Positions 23,401 to 43,011 of a stretch of 64,000 nt of DNA are shown here, piece by piece. The stretch covers positions 249,678,055 through 249,742,054 of the forward strand of contig NC_133622.1 in assembly GCF_048593235.1 (NCBI RefSeq), read 5' to 3'. The notes below the pieces were generated by a model. It was not told the origin of the DNA and made no database searches. It worked only from the letters and a program-made list of their open reading frames with translations. The first letter of the stretch is position 1. The number at the start of each line of letters is the position of its first letter. The DNA is from Sminthopsis crassicaudata. Taxonomy: Eukaryota. A program made the position numbers and the translations under genes.

Positions 23401-23746
23401 CCAATAGGATCGCTCCTCAGCCATGGCTCTGGCGTCACCGTGTCCGTCAGCCCAATGGGAGAGGTGGAAATTTCCAGAAGGAACTGGACCAATGGGTGCG
23501 GCCAGCGACAACCAGACCGGCGCTCCCGCCGACCAATGAGTGTGACAGGCAGTCTCCCTTCTGCCAGTCGTCAAGCAGGCTCTGGGGCGGGCCGTGCCCA
23601 GCAACGCCCAATGGCGAGGAAGAAAAGACGAAGGGCAGAGCGAATCGCCATCCGCTGCCCAATGAGAGGGAAGCACTTATGAACGGCAGAGGATTTAGCC
23701 TCTAGGAGCCAGAGGGGGCGGGGCTCAGAGGGAGAACTCCACCAAT
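23401..23746 (+). promoter_or_regulatory. STIP1: STIP1 promoter CCAAT (NF-Y) array
   Basis: CCAAT at 23401, 23452, 23489, 23533, 23608, 23659 and 23742, all on the same strand, plus GC boxes at about 23716 and 23761. Confidence 0.75.
23466..23480. promoter_or_regulatory. STIP1: Heat-shock element (perfect 3-unit)
   Basis: gGAAatTTCcaGAAg matches nGAAnnTTCnnGAAn; STIP1/HOP is a known HSF1 target. Confidence 0.75.
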
Positions 23747-23786
23747 AGGGCGGCTGCGAAGGGGCGGGACCCGGGAGTCCCGGCAG

Positions 23787-23806
23787 CTTCTAGTAGGTTC
23801 CAGAAG
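23787..23806. promoter_or_regulatory. STIP1: Proximal heat-shock element (4-unit, one mismatch)
   Basis: cTTCtaGTAggTTCcaGAAg, about 80 bp upstream of the ATG. Confidence 0.75.
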
Positions 23807-23887
23807 GCGGCGCGTGCGGCTGGGAGCTGGGCGCGAGCGAGCGGGCGGGCGGACGGATTCACGGCTGCCTCGGCTCCGGCTCGGGCC

Positions 23888-32129
<8,242 letters not shown>

Positions 32130-32516
32130 TGACTTGTGGAGCCCCCGTCCCTCCCCCCTTTTCTGTGCAAAGAGAAGCTGGGACCGCAGCCGGAGCAGAG
32201 AAGGGGACTGAAGAGACCCCCACCTCGTCTCTATATTTATACATATATACGTACATATATGTGTGGAGGACACAGACTTCCGCCCCCCGTGCCGCTGCCT
32301 GGCGGCTGCCCAGCACATGCATGGTCTCTTCACTGCTGCCCCTTTCAGGCCCGCCCCCCTCCCCTGGCGCCGTCCCAGCCGCTCTCCCCCCTTAGTTGGT
32401 TTTGTTTTTTATTTGGGGCAGTGGGTGTGTTGGGGGAGGGAAGGGGGGCCCTTCCCTCCCCTCCCGTGGCTCCCCTGCCCCTGCTCATTGTTAAGCCCAC
32501 GCCCCCATTACCTCCA

Positions 32517-32522
32517 AATAAA
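32517..32522 (+). terminator. STIP1: STIP1 poly(A) signal
   Basis: AATAAA about 390 nt after the stop codon. Confidence 0.8.
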
Positions 32523-33139
32523 AGAAGCCAGTCGGCGTGGTTATGGGTTACCGAGGTCTCGACTCCTTTTCTTGGTGGGCAGCTGTTGGGGCTCCTGGCA
32601 GAGGGGATGAGGTGGGCACGGTGAAGGAGGACTAGGGACACTAGGGGGTGCTGTTGCCCTTCATGTGGTCTAATGGTCTGGAGCTGCACCAAGCCCAAGC
32701 AGCCTGGGCTGGCTGGCGGGGGCAGGGGGCTCTCCTTGCCTCTTCCTTCTTCCCTGGCTGGCAGCCCCACTAGGGCCTCTCATGATCGAGGCCTGGGGTG
32801 TTTCCTGGTGGTCAGCTGGCCGGGAGGATGAAGGAGTCCAGGGTCAGGCCTGGAACTTCCTGCTGACTCTCCGGTTCTGTCCCAGGCCCTGGGCATCTCC
32901 TGCAGGGAGGGGGGGTGCTGGGGATACACCATGGACCCTGAAGTCAGGAGGGCCTGGGAGACGGCTGGCACTTAGCGGGGCAGGGTCCTTACCCAAAGGC
33001 CTAAGGAGACCCGGCTGCTGGTCCTCTGCTCGCGATTTAATAGAGGAACCTAAAGTAGAGGGACACCCACAGCTCCGGCACTGGTGCCATGCACGCAGTG
33101 GGGCAGGGCCCTGTGGCCCCTCACTGTGCCAGCAGGCAG

Positions 33140-33329
33140 GGAATGGTGGATGGGCACAGGAGGAAGCCCTCGCCAGCCTGGCACCTCCAGGACAACTGTT
33201 GAGCTGTGGGGGCCGGGGGATTCGGGGATAGCAGTGCCCCTTTGGGGTTTTCTTGGCAGTGACCCTGTGTTCTTTGCCATTTCCTCCAGCCCGTTACACA
33301 GCAGGAAACTGAGGCAGGCCAGTGTAAGT
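33140..33329 (+). promoter_or_regulatory. FERMT3: Putative FERMT3 promoter and non-coding exon 1
   Basis: ETS-type GGAA motifs (aggaggaag, atttcctc, caggaaac) and a GTAAGT donor at 33324 upstream of the acceptor at 34132. Inference only. Confidence 0.35.
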
Positions 33330-34147
33330 GACTGGCAGAAAGCCAGATCGGCCCTGAGGCACCTGGCCCTCCGGGCACCACGGGGCACACATGGCAGCCT
33401 CTGAGGCCTTCCTGGAGCTCCTCTCCTGGGCTCCTCCATTTATGCTGCCCGTGCTCTCAGACGCCCACAATGTTCTCTGCCCCAAAGCCAGGGCTCAGGC
33501 CGAGTGGGCTTGTGGGGGCCCTCGTGGGTCCCAGGGTGGACCCTCCTCCCAGCAGTTCCCTCTTTGTGGTCCAAGCCCCAGTTCTGTGAGTGACAAGTGC
33601 TCCTCCACAGCTTCCTGGCCCTGGGGCCTCCCCTCCCCAGGGGGTGGAGCCGGGCTGAACTGCAGATAAGGCAGAGCCAGGGGCAGCCCTGAGGAGCAAG
33701 GGCACCCACAGACCGGTAGAGAAGGGGCGCCTGCTGCAGACGGGGGTGCCCGTGCCCAAAGACACGCAGAGGGGCAGCAGCTGCCCTTGGGCAACCCCCA
33801 GGAGAGGTGAGTGAGGTTCTGAGGGGCGGGCCCTGGTTCTGAGTCCCTCCATGTGCCCAGCTCCCAGGCGGGCTTGCCCTCGTTGCAAGGGTGGAGACGG
33901 AAAGGCGGGTGGAGGGAGGGGCTGCCCAACTCCCCAGACTTTGCTTACCTGGGTATAACCTGGGTATAAACCACCTCTCAGGGCAGCGGGCCCATCCAGG
34001 CAGGGCAGAGGCCCAGCCTCCGGCCGGCCCTTCCTGCCTGGCCCCCCACGGGACCCCCAGGCCAGGAAAGGAGAGCTGAGCCTGCAGGGGAGCCGAGGGA
34101 GAGCTTGCCAGGCCCCTGTGCCCCTCTCCAGGACCCGGCCGGCAGCC

Positions 34148-37100
34148 ATGGCAGCCTGGGAGCTCCAGGTGTTCGTGGGGGACCCCGACGTCCAGGAGGA
34201 GTCGGTGACCCTTCTGGTCACGGGCGAGTCCCACATCGGCGGCGTCATCCTCAAGATCGTGGAGGAGATCAGTGAGTAGGGCCCCTGCTGCCCCGACCCC
34301 CAGCCCGCCGCCTTCCTGCCCTGCCCTCCCCACCCGGAGGCTCGTGATAAGGCCCTCCAGTGACTCAGGTCCTAGCCACTTGTTCCCCAAATAAGGAGCT
34401 CCCCGACTTCCCCCTCCCCCAGCTCGGCCTTCCATTGCTCTCTCCCGGGGCAGCCCGGCCCCCCGTCTCCCACAAGTCAGCGCTGCTTAGCCGGAGCGAG
34501 GGACGAAGCCCCGGGGGTCCCCATTCCCTGGAACCCCCACCCGGGGCCCAGGGGGTCCGTCTGCCCCCCGGGCCGACCACAGCCCGAGTCTCTGGGGCCA
34601 GCCTTCGGCCAGGCCGCCTGCTTGCTCATCCTGTCCCCCATGAGTCGCACTTCCCCCCGAAGAAAAAAATGCCTGACGGAAGGAAGCTGTCGGGGCGATG
34701 GGCGAGCTGGAAAGGCCCTTCCCTGCCCCCACAGGAAGTTGCAGCAGAGCACCCTGTGGTATCAGAGGGGCACAGCTGGGTGCTGGAGGGGGCGGGGGTG
34801 GGCGCTTCTGCCCACTCTGTGCCCCCACCGGCCCAAGCTTCCTGAGCCGGGCACAGTGAGAGGCCCGAGGGCTCCAGGAAGGGCCCCAGAGGGCAGACTG
34901 GGACCCAGGGAATGACTGCCCACTGCGCCCCCACTGGTACTTACTCCGTCTATTCTTTGCTTCCTCACTTAACGGAGCTGGCACATCCCAGGATTGTTGT
35001 CCATTTTACAGGAGGGGCCACTGAGGCTCAGTGAGAGTAACTGACCACCTGGAGTAGTGAGTGTCAGAGACAGGCCGCAAACCCGAGCCTCGGCCCCCAG
35101 CCGCCGCCCAGCGCCCACGTGTACACACAGCATGACAGGGTAGCCCGTTTCTCATCTGCGTATGTGCCTTCTACATGTGTGTAACACGTATGCGCACGCG
35201 CGTGCACCTTCTCCCCTGGGATTCCCCCAGCCTAGGAGCTACGGGGTCGGAGGGTTTGCCTGGACCCTTGGGAGACAGAAATGACGCGCCCAGTATGTCA
35301 GTGAGCGTTTATTAAGCACTTACTGTGTGCTCCAAAAAAGGTAGAAAACAGTTGGTGTCCTTAGGGAGCTCCCGGTCTCTTGGCAACAAGTGTGACGAAG
35401 AGTGGAGGAAAGGTCTGAGAAATGGCGTGATCCGGAAGGCCCCGGAAAGGCCTCCAGAGGGGACACGCCAGGGGGCGGCGGTGAGGAGAGAGCGGGCTTG
35501 GCCCCAGCCCAGTCCAGGCAAAGGCCTGGAGTTGGGAGATGACAGGGCAGTCTTGGAGACGCCAGCGGCTTGGCGAATTGGAGCAGAGCGTGCCGGTGAT
35601 AAGGGGGCGACAAGAGGGACTAGAGATGCCCAGCGGAGGGGCTGAGATTGGACCCAGATCAGTCTGATGGGTCATACGTGGAGCCGGGCCTGGGGCCTGG
35701 CACGGGGGCGACCAGAAATGCCCGTTGCCCTTCCCGCCCGAGACCCGCTGGTTTGGGAGGGATCAATCTGTGGCCCCTTGACAGCCGGCTGGAGAGTGGA
35801 CCGCAGGGAAGAGCTCCCACAAGGACCACGGGTTCGAGGCCAGACCGGACGCTGCGGCCGGCACGGCCCATCCCCGGCCAACGCCACCCGGCTCCGACGT
35901 ATGAGCTGATGACGCTCGCTGGCGCGGCTGCCGCCCTTGGAGAGGCCGACGGGGAGGCTGGGCCTGTGCCACGGCTGCTGCGTTTGGCCGTTCTGGGGCT
36001 GGGGCAGCTGTTGGGTCAACAGTCCTGTAGGGAAGGCAGGGTTGGAATTCGTCCCATTTGACAGAGGGGAAAACTGAGGCAGAGATAAAGTGACTCGTCC
36101 AGGATCACAAAAAAAAGTAAGGAGCAGAGGCAAGGTTTGAGCAAGAGTCTTCTCTGCATCCAGAATCCTCCTTAGGAGTCCTCCCTAAGAGTCCTCCCCA
36201 CATTCAGAATCCTCCCTAGGAATCCTCCCCAGATCTGGAGTGCTCCCTAGATCCAGCTTGCTTTCTAGTGAATGTCCTCACAAAAGGCTTGCTGAGACTT
36301 CGGTCTGGAATCCGGCCCGGCCTTACGGGAAGGGTACAGTCCGGAGGCAGGAGTCATGTGATCTCAGTGCCCATGGCTCCCTCCGAGCTGGGTGGGGAAC
36401 CTCCTGGAGAGGTGTGGGTTCTGAGTGCGAGGCCCGGCTCTGACCCCGCAGCCGGGGTGGGGGGGCGGTGGCCCCGAACTCCTTCCTCAGGGAGGAGCCC
36501 GGCCTGGGCCGGTGACCGGAGCGCCAGCCTGGGGGAAGTGGCCCGGGCGGCCTCGGCGGCCAGGCGCTGACCACCCTCGAGGAAGGGCCTCGGACACGGC
36601 CCGTCTGCCCCCAGCTGGGAGAGCCGTGACGGTGGGGCCCAGCGGAGCCCAGGGGAGCAGGGACGGCCCGCCCGACTCTTACTGGCGCCCCCTGGGGGCC
36701 AGGGGAGGAGGGCCTCTGTTCCCAATCCTTGTCCCCACAGCCTCCCTCCCAACTGTTTCCCCAGGAGTGGGAGGGGCCCAAGGAAGCAACCCCCAGTTCC
36801 CCATCCCCCCTCCCCGGGTGTCCCCCCCAGCTCCCCCCTCCCCTCCTCACCGGCCCCTCCCCCGGCAGAGCGGAAGCAGGACTGGTCGGACCACGGGCTG
36901 TGGTGGGAGCAGAAGAAGCTGTGGCTGCTGCAGACCCACTGGACCCTGGACAAGTACGGCATCCTGGCGGACGCCCGGCTCTACTTCGGCCCGCAGCACC
37001 GGCCCGTCACCCTGCGGCTGCCCAACCGCCGGGCCCTGCGGCTGCGCGCCAGCTTCTCGCAGCCCCTCTTCCGCGCCGTGGCCGCCATCTGCCGCGTCCT

Positions 37101-40100
37101 CAGTGAGTGTCCCGGCCGCTGTCCCCGACCTCCCCGTCCTCCCCGCCCGTGTCCTTCGCTCCCAGGGGGGCCGGGGGAGGGGCCCTGGGCCCCTGTGGGC
37201 CGTCCCCTTGTGTACCCATTGTGCAGATGAGCCCGAGGGCCCGAGTGGTGCTTGAGCGCCCCTCCCCCAAGGGCCCTTCCTCTCCACAGGCATCCGCCAC
37301 CCTGAGGAGCTGTCCCTGCTCCGGGCCCCGGAGAAGAAGGAGAAGAAGAAGAAGGACAAGGAGCCAGAAGAGGAGGTGTTTGACCTGTCCTCGGTGGTCC
37401 TGGCTGCCGGTGAGCCGCAGGGCGAGGGGGAGCTTGGGAGGGCAGGAGCTTGGGGGGAGGGGCAGGCAGGGAGAGCCGGGGCCTGACCCCTCCCCCGCCC
37501 CCTCAGGAGTGGCCCCGGCCCAGTTCCGGGGGATGCCGGCCCACTTCTCCGACAGCCCCGAGACCGAGGCCTGTTACCGGATGCTCAGCCGCCCCCAGCC
37601 GCCCCCAGACCCCGCCCAGCTGCTGCGCCTGCCCCGGCCCGGCTCCCTGGCTGACAAGACCCAGCTGCACAGCAGGTATCGGCCGGCCGCCGGGCACCCG
37701 GGGCTCTCAGGTCAAAGCCAGAGAGCCTGGAGGGCAGGCCGCAAGGAGGGGGCTGGGAGAGCCAATGCTGCCCCAAGCCCGACCGGCCGAGACTTCCGGG
37801 GCTCCGGGGAGGGCTGCTACCTGGGACACCTGTTGTTTCCTGACCTGTTAAATGTGGCTGACATCCCGCCAGGGCGGCCTTGAGACGCTAGTGCTGGGCA
37901 GGGGGCGCTGGGGGCCCCGAGGAGGCCGGAGGGCAGCATCTTGTCTCCAGCCCCAGGGGGCCACAGCCCGCAGGACCCCCTCAGCCCCCGGGGAGCAGGG
38001 GTGGGACCCACTGACCGCAGGGCTCCCCGCTTCCTCGCCCCCCCAGGTGGCTGGACTCCTCCAGGTGTCTGATGCAGCAGGGAATCAAGCCCGGGGACAC
38101 CCTGTGGCTGCGCTTCAAGTACTACAGCTTCTTTGACCTGGACCCCAAGGTGAGGGCGGTGTGGAAGGGGGGCCGGCGGGGGTGGGGAGGTGAGGGCGGG
38201 TCGGAGAAGATGAGCCTGGCCCCTCTGGTGGGAGAAACGTCTCCCACCCTCCCCTGCTCAAGAACCTGCTGGGGCTCCCCCTGGCAGCCCCTCCCCCAGC
38301 CTACCCTTCCTTGCTGGAAGGTCCTTGGGATTAATCACAGCGGTGACCACCAAAGCGCCCTCCCCCCAGGAGGGAAGCTGAGGCTGGGCCCCAGGCTGAC
38401 ACCCCCACCCCCACCCCCGCAGGCCGACCCTGTGCGCCTCACGCAGCTCTACGAGCAGGCCCGCTGGGACCTGCTGCTGGAGGAGATCGACTGCACGGAG
38501 GAGGAAATGATGGTCTTCGCGGCCCTGCAGGTAGGGCCCCCTCCCCCCGGAAGTCTGCCCCCATTGCTCCCATCGGATGGAGTGCCACCTTTGGCCTGCA
38601 GTCTCACCCTCCGCCTGCGGCTTAAGCCCTTTCTGGACGGTGGGGAGGAGGCGGAGGGTGGGGGAGGCTGGGAGAGCGGGGCCAGCCCCGGGGTCGGGGG
38701 TCACAGACCCCGGCTTCCCCCAAGGCCTGGACGGGAGGGGGCCGGGACGGGTCAGGGCTCCCCGGGGACTTCTCGGCTCGGGCTGGGCCCCCGGGGCCGA
38801 GGCTCAGGGCAGAGCCGGGGTCACCCGGACCCCGCCGTCCTGCCCCCCAGTACCACATTAACAAGCTGGCCCTGAGCGGGGACACGGAGGAGCCGGCCAG
38901 CCCCGGCGGCCTGGACGACCTGGACGCCGCCCTAAACAACCTGGAGGTGAAGCTGGAGGGCTCGGCCCCCACCGACGTGCTGGTGAGGAGGGGGGAGAGG
39001 AGGCCGCGGGGGGAGGGGGTGGCCCCGGCCAGCTCGGCGCTCAGGGTGCCCCTCGGCCCACAGGACAGCCTGACGGCCATCCCCGAGCTCAAGGACCATC
39101 TGCGCATCTTCCGGTGAGCCCCGGACCCTGGGCGAGGGGGGCCGGCCCGAGGGGGCTGCCTTGTTGGGGGTGATCCCAGCATGATCCAGGCCCCGGACGG
39201 GGCTGTCCCAGCTGTGACCCCCCGCCGGCTCGCTCTCCATCCCCGCCTCCCTCCTCGTCCCAGGCCCCGGAAGCTCACCCTCAAGGGCTACCGCCAGTAC
39301 TGGGTCGTGTTTAAAGAGACCACGCTCTCCTACTACAAGAGCCAGGACGAGGCCCCCGGGGACCCCATCCAGCAGCTGCACCTGAAGGGTGAGCCCCCCT
39401 GCCCGGCCTCTGCCGCCCGCTCCCTCCGCGCCCCCCTCACGCCCCCTCCCTTTCTGCCTAGGCTGCGAGGTGGTGCCCGACGTCAACGTCTCCGGGCAGA
39501 AGTTCTGCATCAAGCTCCTGGTGCCCTCGCCGGAGGGCATGAGCGAGCTCTGCCTGCGCTGCCAGGACGTGAGTAGGGCGCGAGGGGCGGGGGGCGGGGG
39601 GCGGGCGCTGCGGCCCGGCCTGACCCGGCCTTCGCCCCCAGGAGCAGCAGTACGCCCAGTGGATGGCCGGCTGCCGGCTGGCCTCCAAGGGGCGCACCAT
39701 GGCCGACAGCAGCTACCAGAGCGAAGTCCAGGCCATCCTGGCCTTCCTCAGCCTGCAGCGGGCCGGCGGAGGCTCGGGCCCGGCCAACCCGCAGGGCCCC
39801 GACGCCAGCGGGGAGGGGCTCAACCCCCACGGCCTCGTGGCCCCCCGGTTCCAGCGGAAGCTGAAGGCCAAGCAGGTGCGCGGGGGAGGGGGTGCGGAGA
39901 AGGGCATGACCCAGGGGGGCGGGGGAGATGTGAAGGAAGGAACAAAGCGCCTCCTCCCGCAGACTGGGGGCTCGGGGACACGCATACATTGTTGGTGCAG
40001 CTGTGGGGGGCCCTGCGGGTCCTGGAGCTCACCGGAGCAGGGGGCGGGGCCGGGTGTCCCGGAGCCGCGCAGCCCGGGAGCTTCCAGGCCCGCCTTCCGG

Positions 40101-41018
40101 GCCTCTGCGCCCACTCTGCCCGGGCCGCCCGCCCTCCCGGCCCTAAAGCCGCCGCGCCCCCACAGCTGACCCCGCGGATCCTGGAGGCGCACCAGAACGT
40201 GGCCCGCCTGTCCCTGTCCGAGGCCAAGCTGCGCTTCATCCAGGCCTGGCAGTCCCTGCCCGACTTCGGCATCTCCTACTTCATCGTCAGGTACCGGCGG
40301 CGGCCCCTCCCCCCGGGCCCCCCCAGCGGTTCCGGATCCCCGAGCTGCGGGGCCAGAGGGCGGGACCTGACCCGGCGATGGCGGACGCCCAGCCAGTGAC
40401 GGGCGGGCCGGGGGAGGGGCGAGCTCCCCGTTCCCGACTTCTAGCTCAGGCCGAGGCCACCCAGGTCCCCTGGGGGGGCTCGCCCCCTCCTCTGCCCGGC
40501 CCCTCCCCCAGCCGGACTCGGAGACGGCCCCTCCCCCCCAGGTTTAAGGGCAGCCGAAAGGACGAGGTCTTGGGCATCGCCAACAATCGCCTGATCCGCA
40601 TCGACCTGGCCGTGGGCGACGTGGTGAAGACCTGGCGCTTCAGCAACATGCGGCAGTGGAACGTCAACTGGGACATCCGCCAGGTGGGCGGGGCGGGGCA
40701 AGGGAGGCGGGGCGGGGCAAGGGAGGCGGGGCGGGGCAAGGGACGGGGGCGGGCCGCTCCCTGCGGCCCGGCCCACACAGGCCCGCGCTCCCTCCGGCGC
40801 CCCCCTCACGCCCCCCCCCCCCCCCCCCCCCCCCGCAGGTGGCCATCGAGTTTGACGAGCACATCAACGTGGCCTTCAGCTGCGTGTCGGCCGGGTGCCG
40901 GGTCCTGCACGAGTACATCGGCGGCTACATCTTCCTGTCCACCCGGGAGCGCGCCCGAGGCGAGGAGCTGGACGAGGATCTCTTCCTGCAGCTTACCGGG
41001 GGCCACGAGGCCTTCTGA
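34148..41018 (+). CDS. FERMT3: Kindlin-3 (FERM + PH integrin activator), 650 aa
   Basis: Coding exons: 34148-34271, 36869-37102, 37290-37409, 37507-37675, 38047-38149, 38423-38530, 38851-38982, 39064-39113, 39264-39388, 39462-39568, 39642-39875, 40166-40290, 40542-40683, 40839-41018. Total 1953 nt. Integrin-binding QW (MRQWNVNW) is intact; ends QLTGGHEAF*. Confidence 0.99.
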
Positions 41019-41248
41019 GCCCCGGGTCCGCCTCCATCCCGGAGCCCGCCCGAGGCCCCAAAGCTCCCCCTCACCCGCCCCCACCCCCACCCCCCACAGC
41101 ACTTCCCAGCCCCGCCTCAAGCGCCCCTCCCCCTTCCCAGGGAAAGGAAAGGGGACCTGAGCTGAATGACCCCCACTGGGCACATGGGACTCAGGCTAAC
41201 CCCCCCAGGAGGGCGGTCGAGATGCCCGGGCACGAGGTTTTCTGTGTT

Positions 41249-41254
41249 TTTATT
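41249..41254 (-). terminator. TRPT1: TRPT1 poly(A) signal
   Basis: TTTATT on + (AATAAA on -), 53 nt beyond the TGA at 41307-41309. Confidence 0.75.
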
Positions 41255-41266
41255 TGTCTTCTTACA

Positions 41267-41272
41267 AATAAA
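41267..41272 (+). terminator. FERMT3: FERMT3 poly(A) signal
   Basis: AATAAA about 250 nt after the stop codon. Confidence 0.8.
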
Positions 41273-41306
41273 CATTTCATGGTTGCACACTCCCCATGCT
41301 GTCTCC

Positions 41307-43011
41307 TCAGCCGTTGGCTGAGGCGTCCTGGTGACTGCTCTGACCCTCTGTCTCCTCTCCATCCAGAGGGAGCGGCCTCCCTGAGGCAGAGAAAGGGATA
41401 AGGGGGTGAGGGGGCGACAACGGGGTGGGAGCAGGGAGGGAGAGGTCTGAGGGCAAGAGGCAAGGGCCGGGCCCCCAGCCTGGGCTCCGGAGTCGGGGTA
41501 CTCACTTGGGAGCCCAGCTGCAGGGCTTCCTTGAAGTACTTGGGAGGCAGGAAGCCCCTAGCGTCCCCCGGAGTCAGGATCACCCCGTTAGCCGAGCAGA
41601 AGAAGGGGATTCCATCTGTGGGGAAGGCTGTGCAGGGAGCGCGTTCCCGGGGAGTCTCCGCCCCCCGAACCCCACTTCCAGCGGGACTCACCAGCCAGGG
41701 CTGAGGGCCCGTCGATGAGCACGGCCACCTCGCAGTCCGCGCGCATCCCTAGGGGACAGAGTCGCACGTGGCACCGGGCACCGGGGAACCCCCACGCCTC
41801 AGGGAGGGCCGGGCCTACTAACCGCTGAGGGCGTGGGTCTCCCCGGGCAGGCCGGGGCACAGGTGGATGTGGGTTCTCCCACGCCGGGACAGCCCCTCCC
41901 GCCGGATGGAGCGCCAGTGGCGCCGGTAGGTCCCGTGCACCAGAACGGGAGGCAGGTCTTGGGGGGCTCTCAGGGGGGTCAGCTCCAGGTCGGCCACCTG
42001 CCAGGAGGAGCAAGGAGGGGGTCACCCCTTCGTTCTGCCACCTTATTGCCACCACTTTACAGAGAAGGAAACTGAGGCAGGGAGGAGCCCGAGCTGAGAC
42101 TTGGCTGGGCTCCCTCAGAACCCCTCGGGCCGGGCAGGAGACCGGCACAGTAAGGGGGGGCGCCCCGAGGTACACAGCTCCAAGAGCCCCGTCCTGATCC
42201 CCCCGGCCCAAGCCCTGCGCCTCCCCGGGCCCTCCCTGGGCAGAGACCCCTCGTGGAGGGGAGACTGCCCCGGCCTCCCCCAGCCTGCCCCCACCTGCAG
42301 GGAGTGGCCCTGGTTGGCCCGGATGGAGGCGCAGCCGCCCGGGGGCCCGGGGCGCAGCGCGAACCGCTGCTTGGCGTTGGTTCTGACCACCCGGCGCACG
42401 TCCTCCTCGGAGAAGTCCCGGAACTGGGCCAGCCGGAGGAGGGCGTCCAAGGGCACGAAGCCATCTGCAAGGGAGCAAGGGGAGGCCTGGCTCGGCCGGA
42501 GCTGCCCCCCCCAACCCGCCCTCATTGAGCACCTCCGGGCACACAGAAGGCACTTCAGGAATGCTGGGGGATCCCAGGGCAGTGGGGGGCGGGGGGGCCT
42601 TTGCCTGTCACTCTCATTTTACAGCTGGGCCTCTCAGTGACACCTTGGGGGATGGGCGTCTTATCAGCCTGGGGAAACTGAGGCAGGTGACCTGCCCAGC
42701 GCCACAGGGGGTTTCAGGCCGGCTGTGAACTGAGACCTTGACTTCCCAGGGCTGGTCTCCCGCCCCAGGGAGCGAGCCTCTATGCCCGAGGCTTACCTGA
42801 GCCCATGGGCAGCCCCATCTTAACGGCCCCGTGGCGCAGAGCATAGGACAGAGCCTTGGACAGTCGCACATCGGGGTCCTGAAACAGTCCAAGGCCAGTC
42901 TTCAGCCTCCCCCCCCTGCCAGCAGAGCCAGCAGCCCCTCCCCCATGCCGAGCCCCGGGCACTCACCTGTTCTCGGGGCCTCCGGGTCCTTCTTCCCCCG
43001 GGGGGGTTCAT
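41307..43011 (-). CDS. TRPT1: tRNA 2'-phosphotransferase 1 (Tpt1/KptA family)
   Basis: Coding exons: 43011-42967, 42878-42797, 42464-42295, 41997-41823, 41748-41692, 41615-41506, 41380-41307. Motifs LSKALSYALRH, KQRF, RANQGHS, HGT, RTHIHL and SANGVILTPG. The last junction has a 1-nt phase conflict (see findings). Confidence 0.95.
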
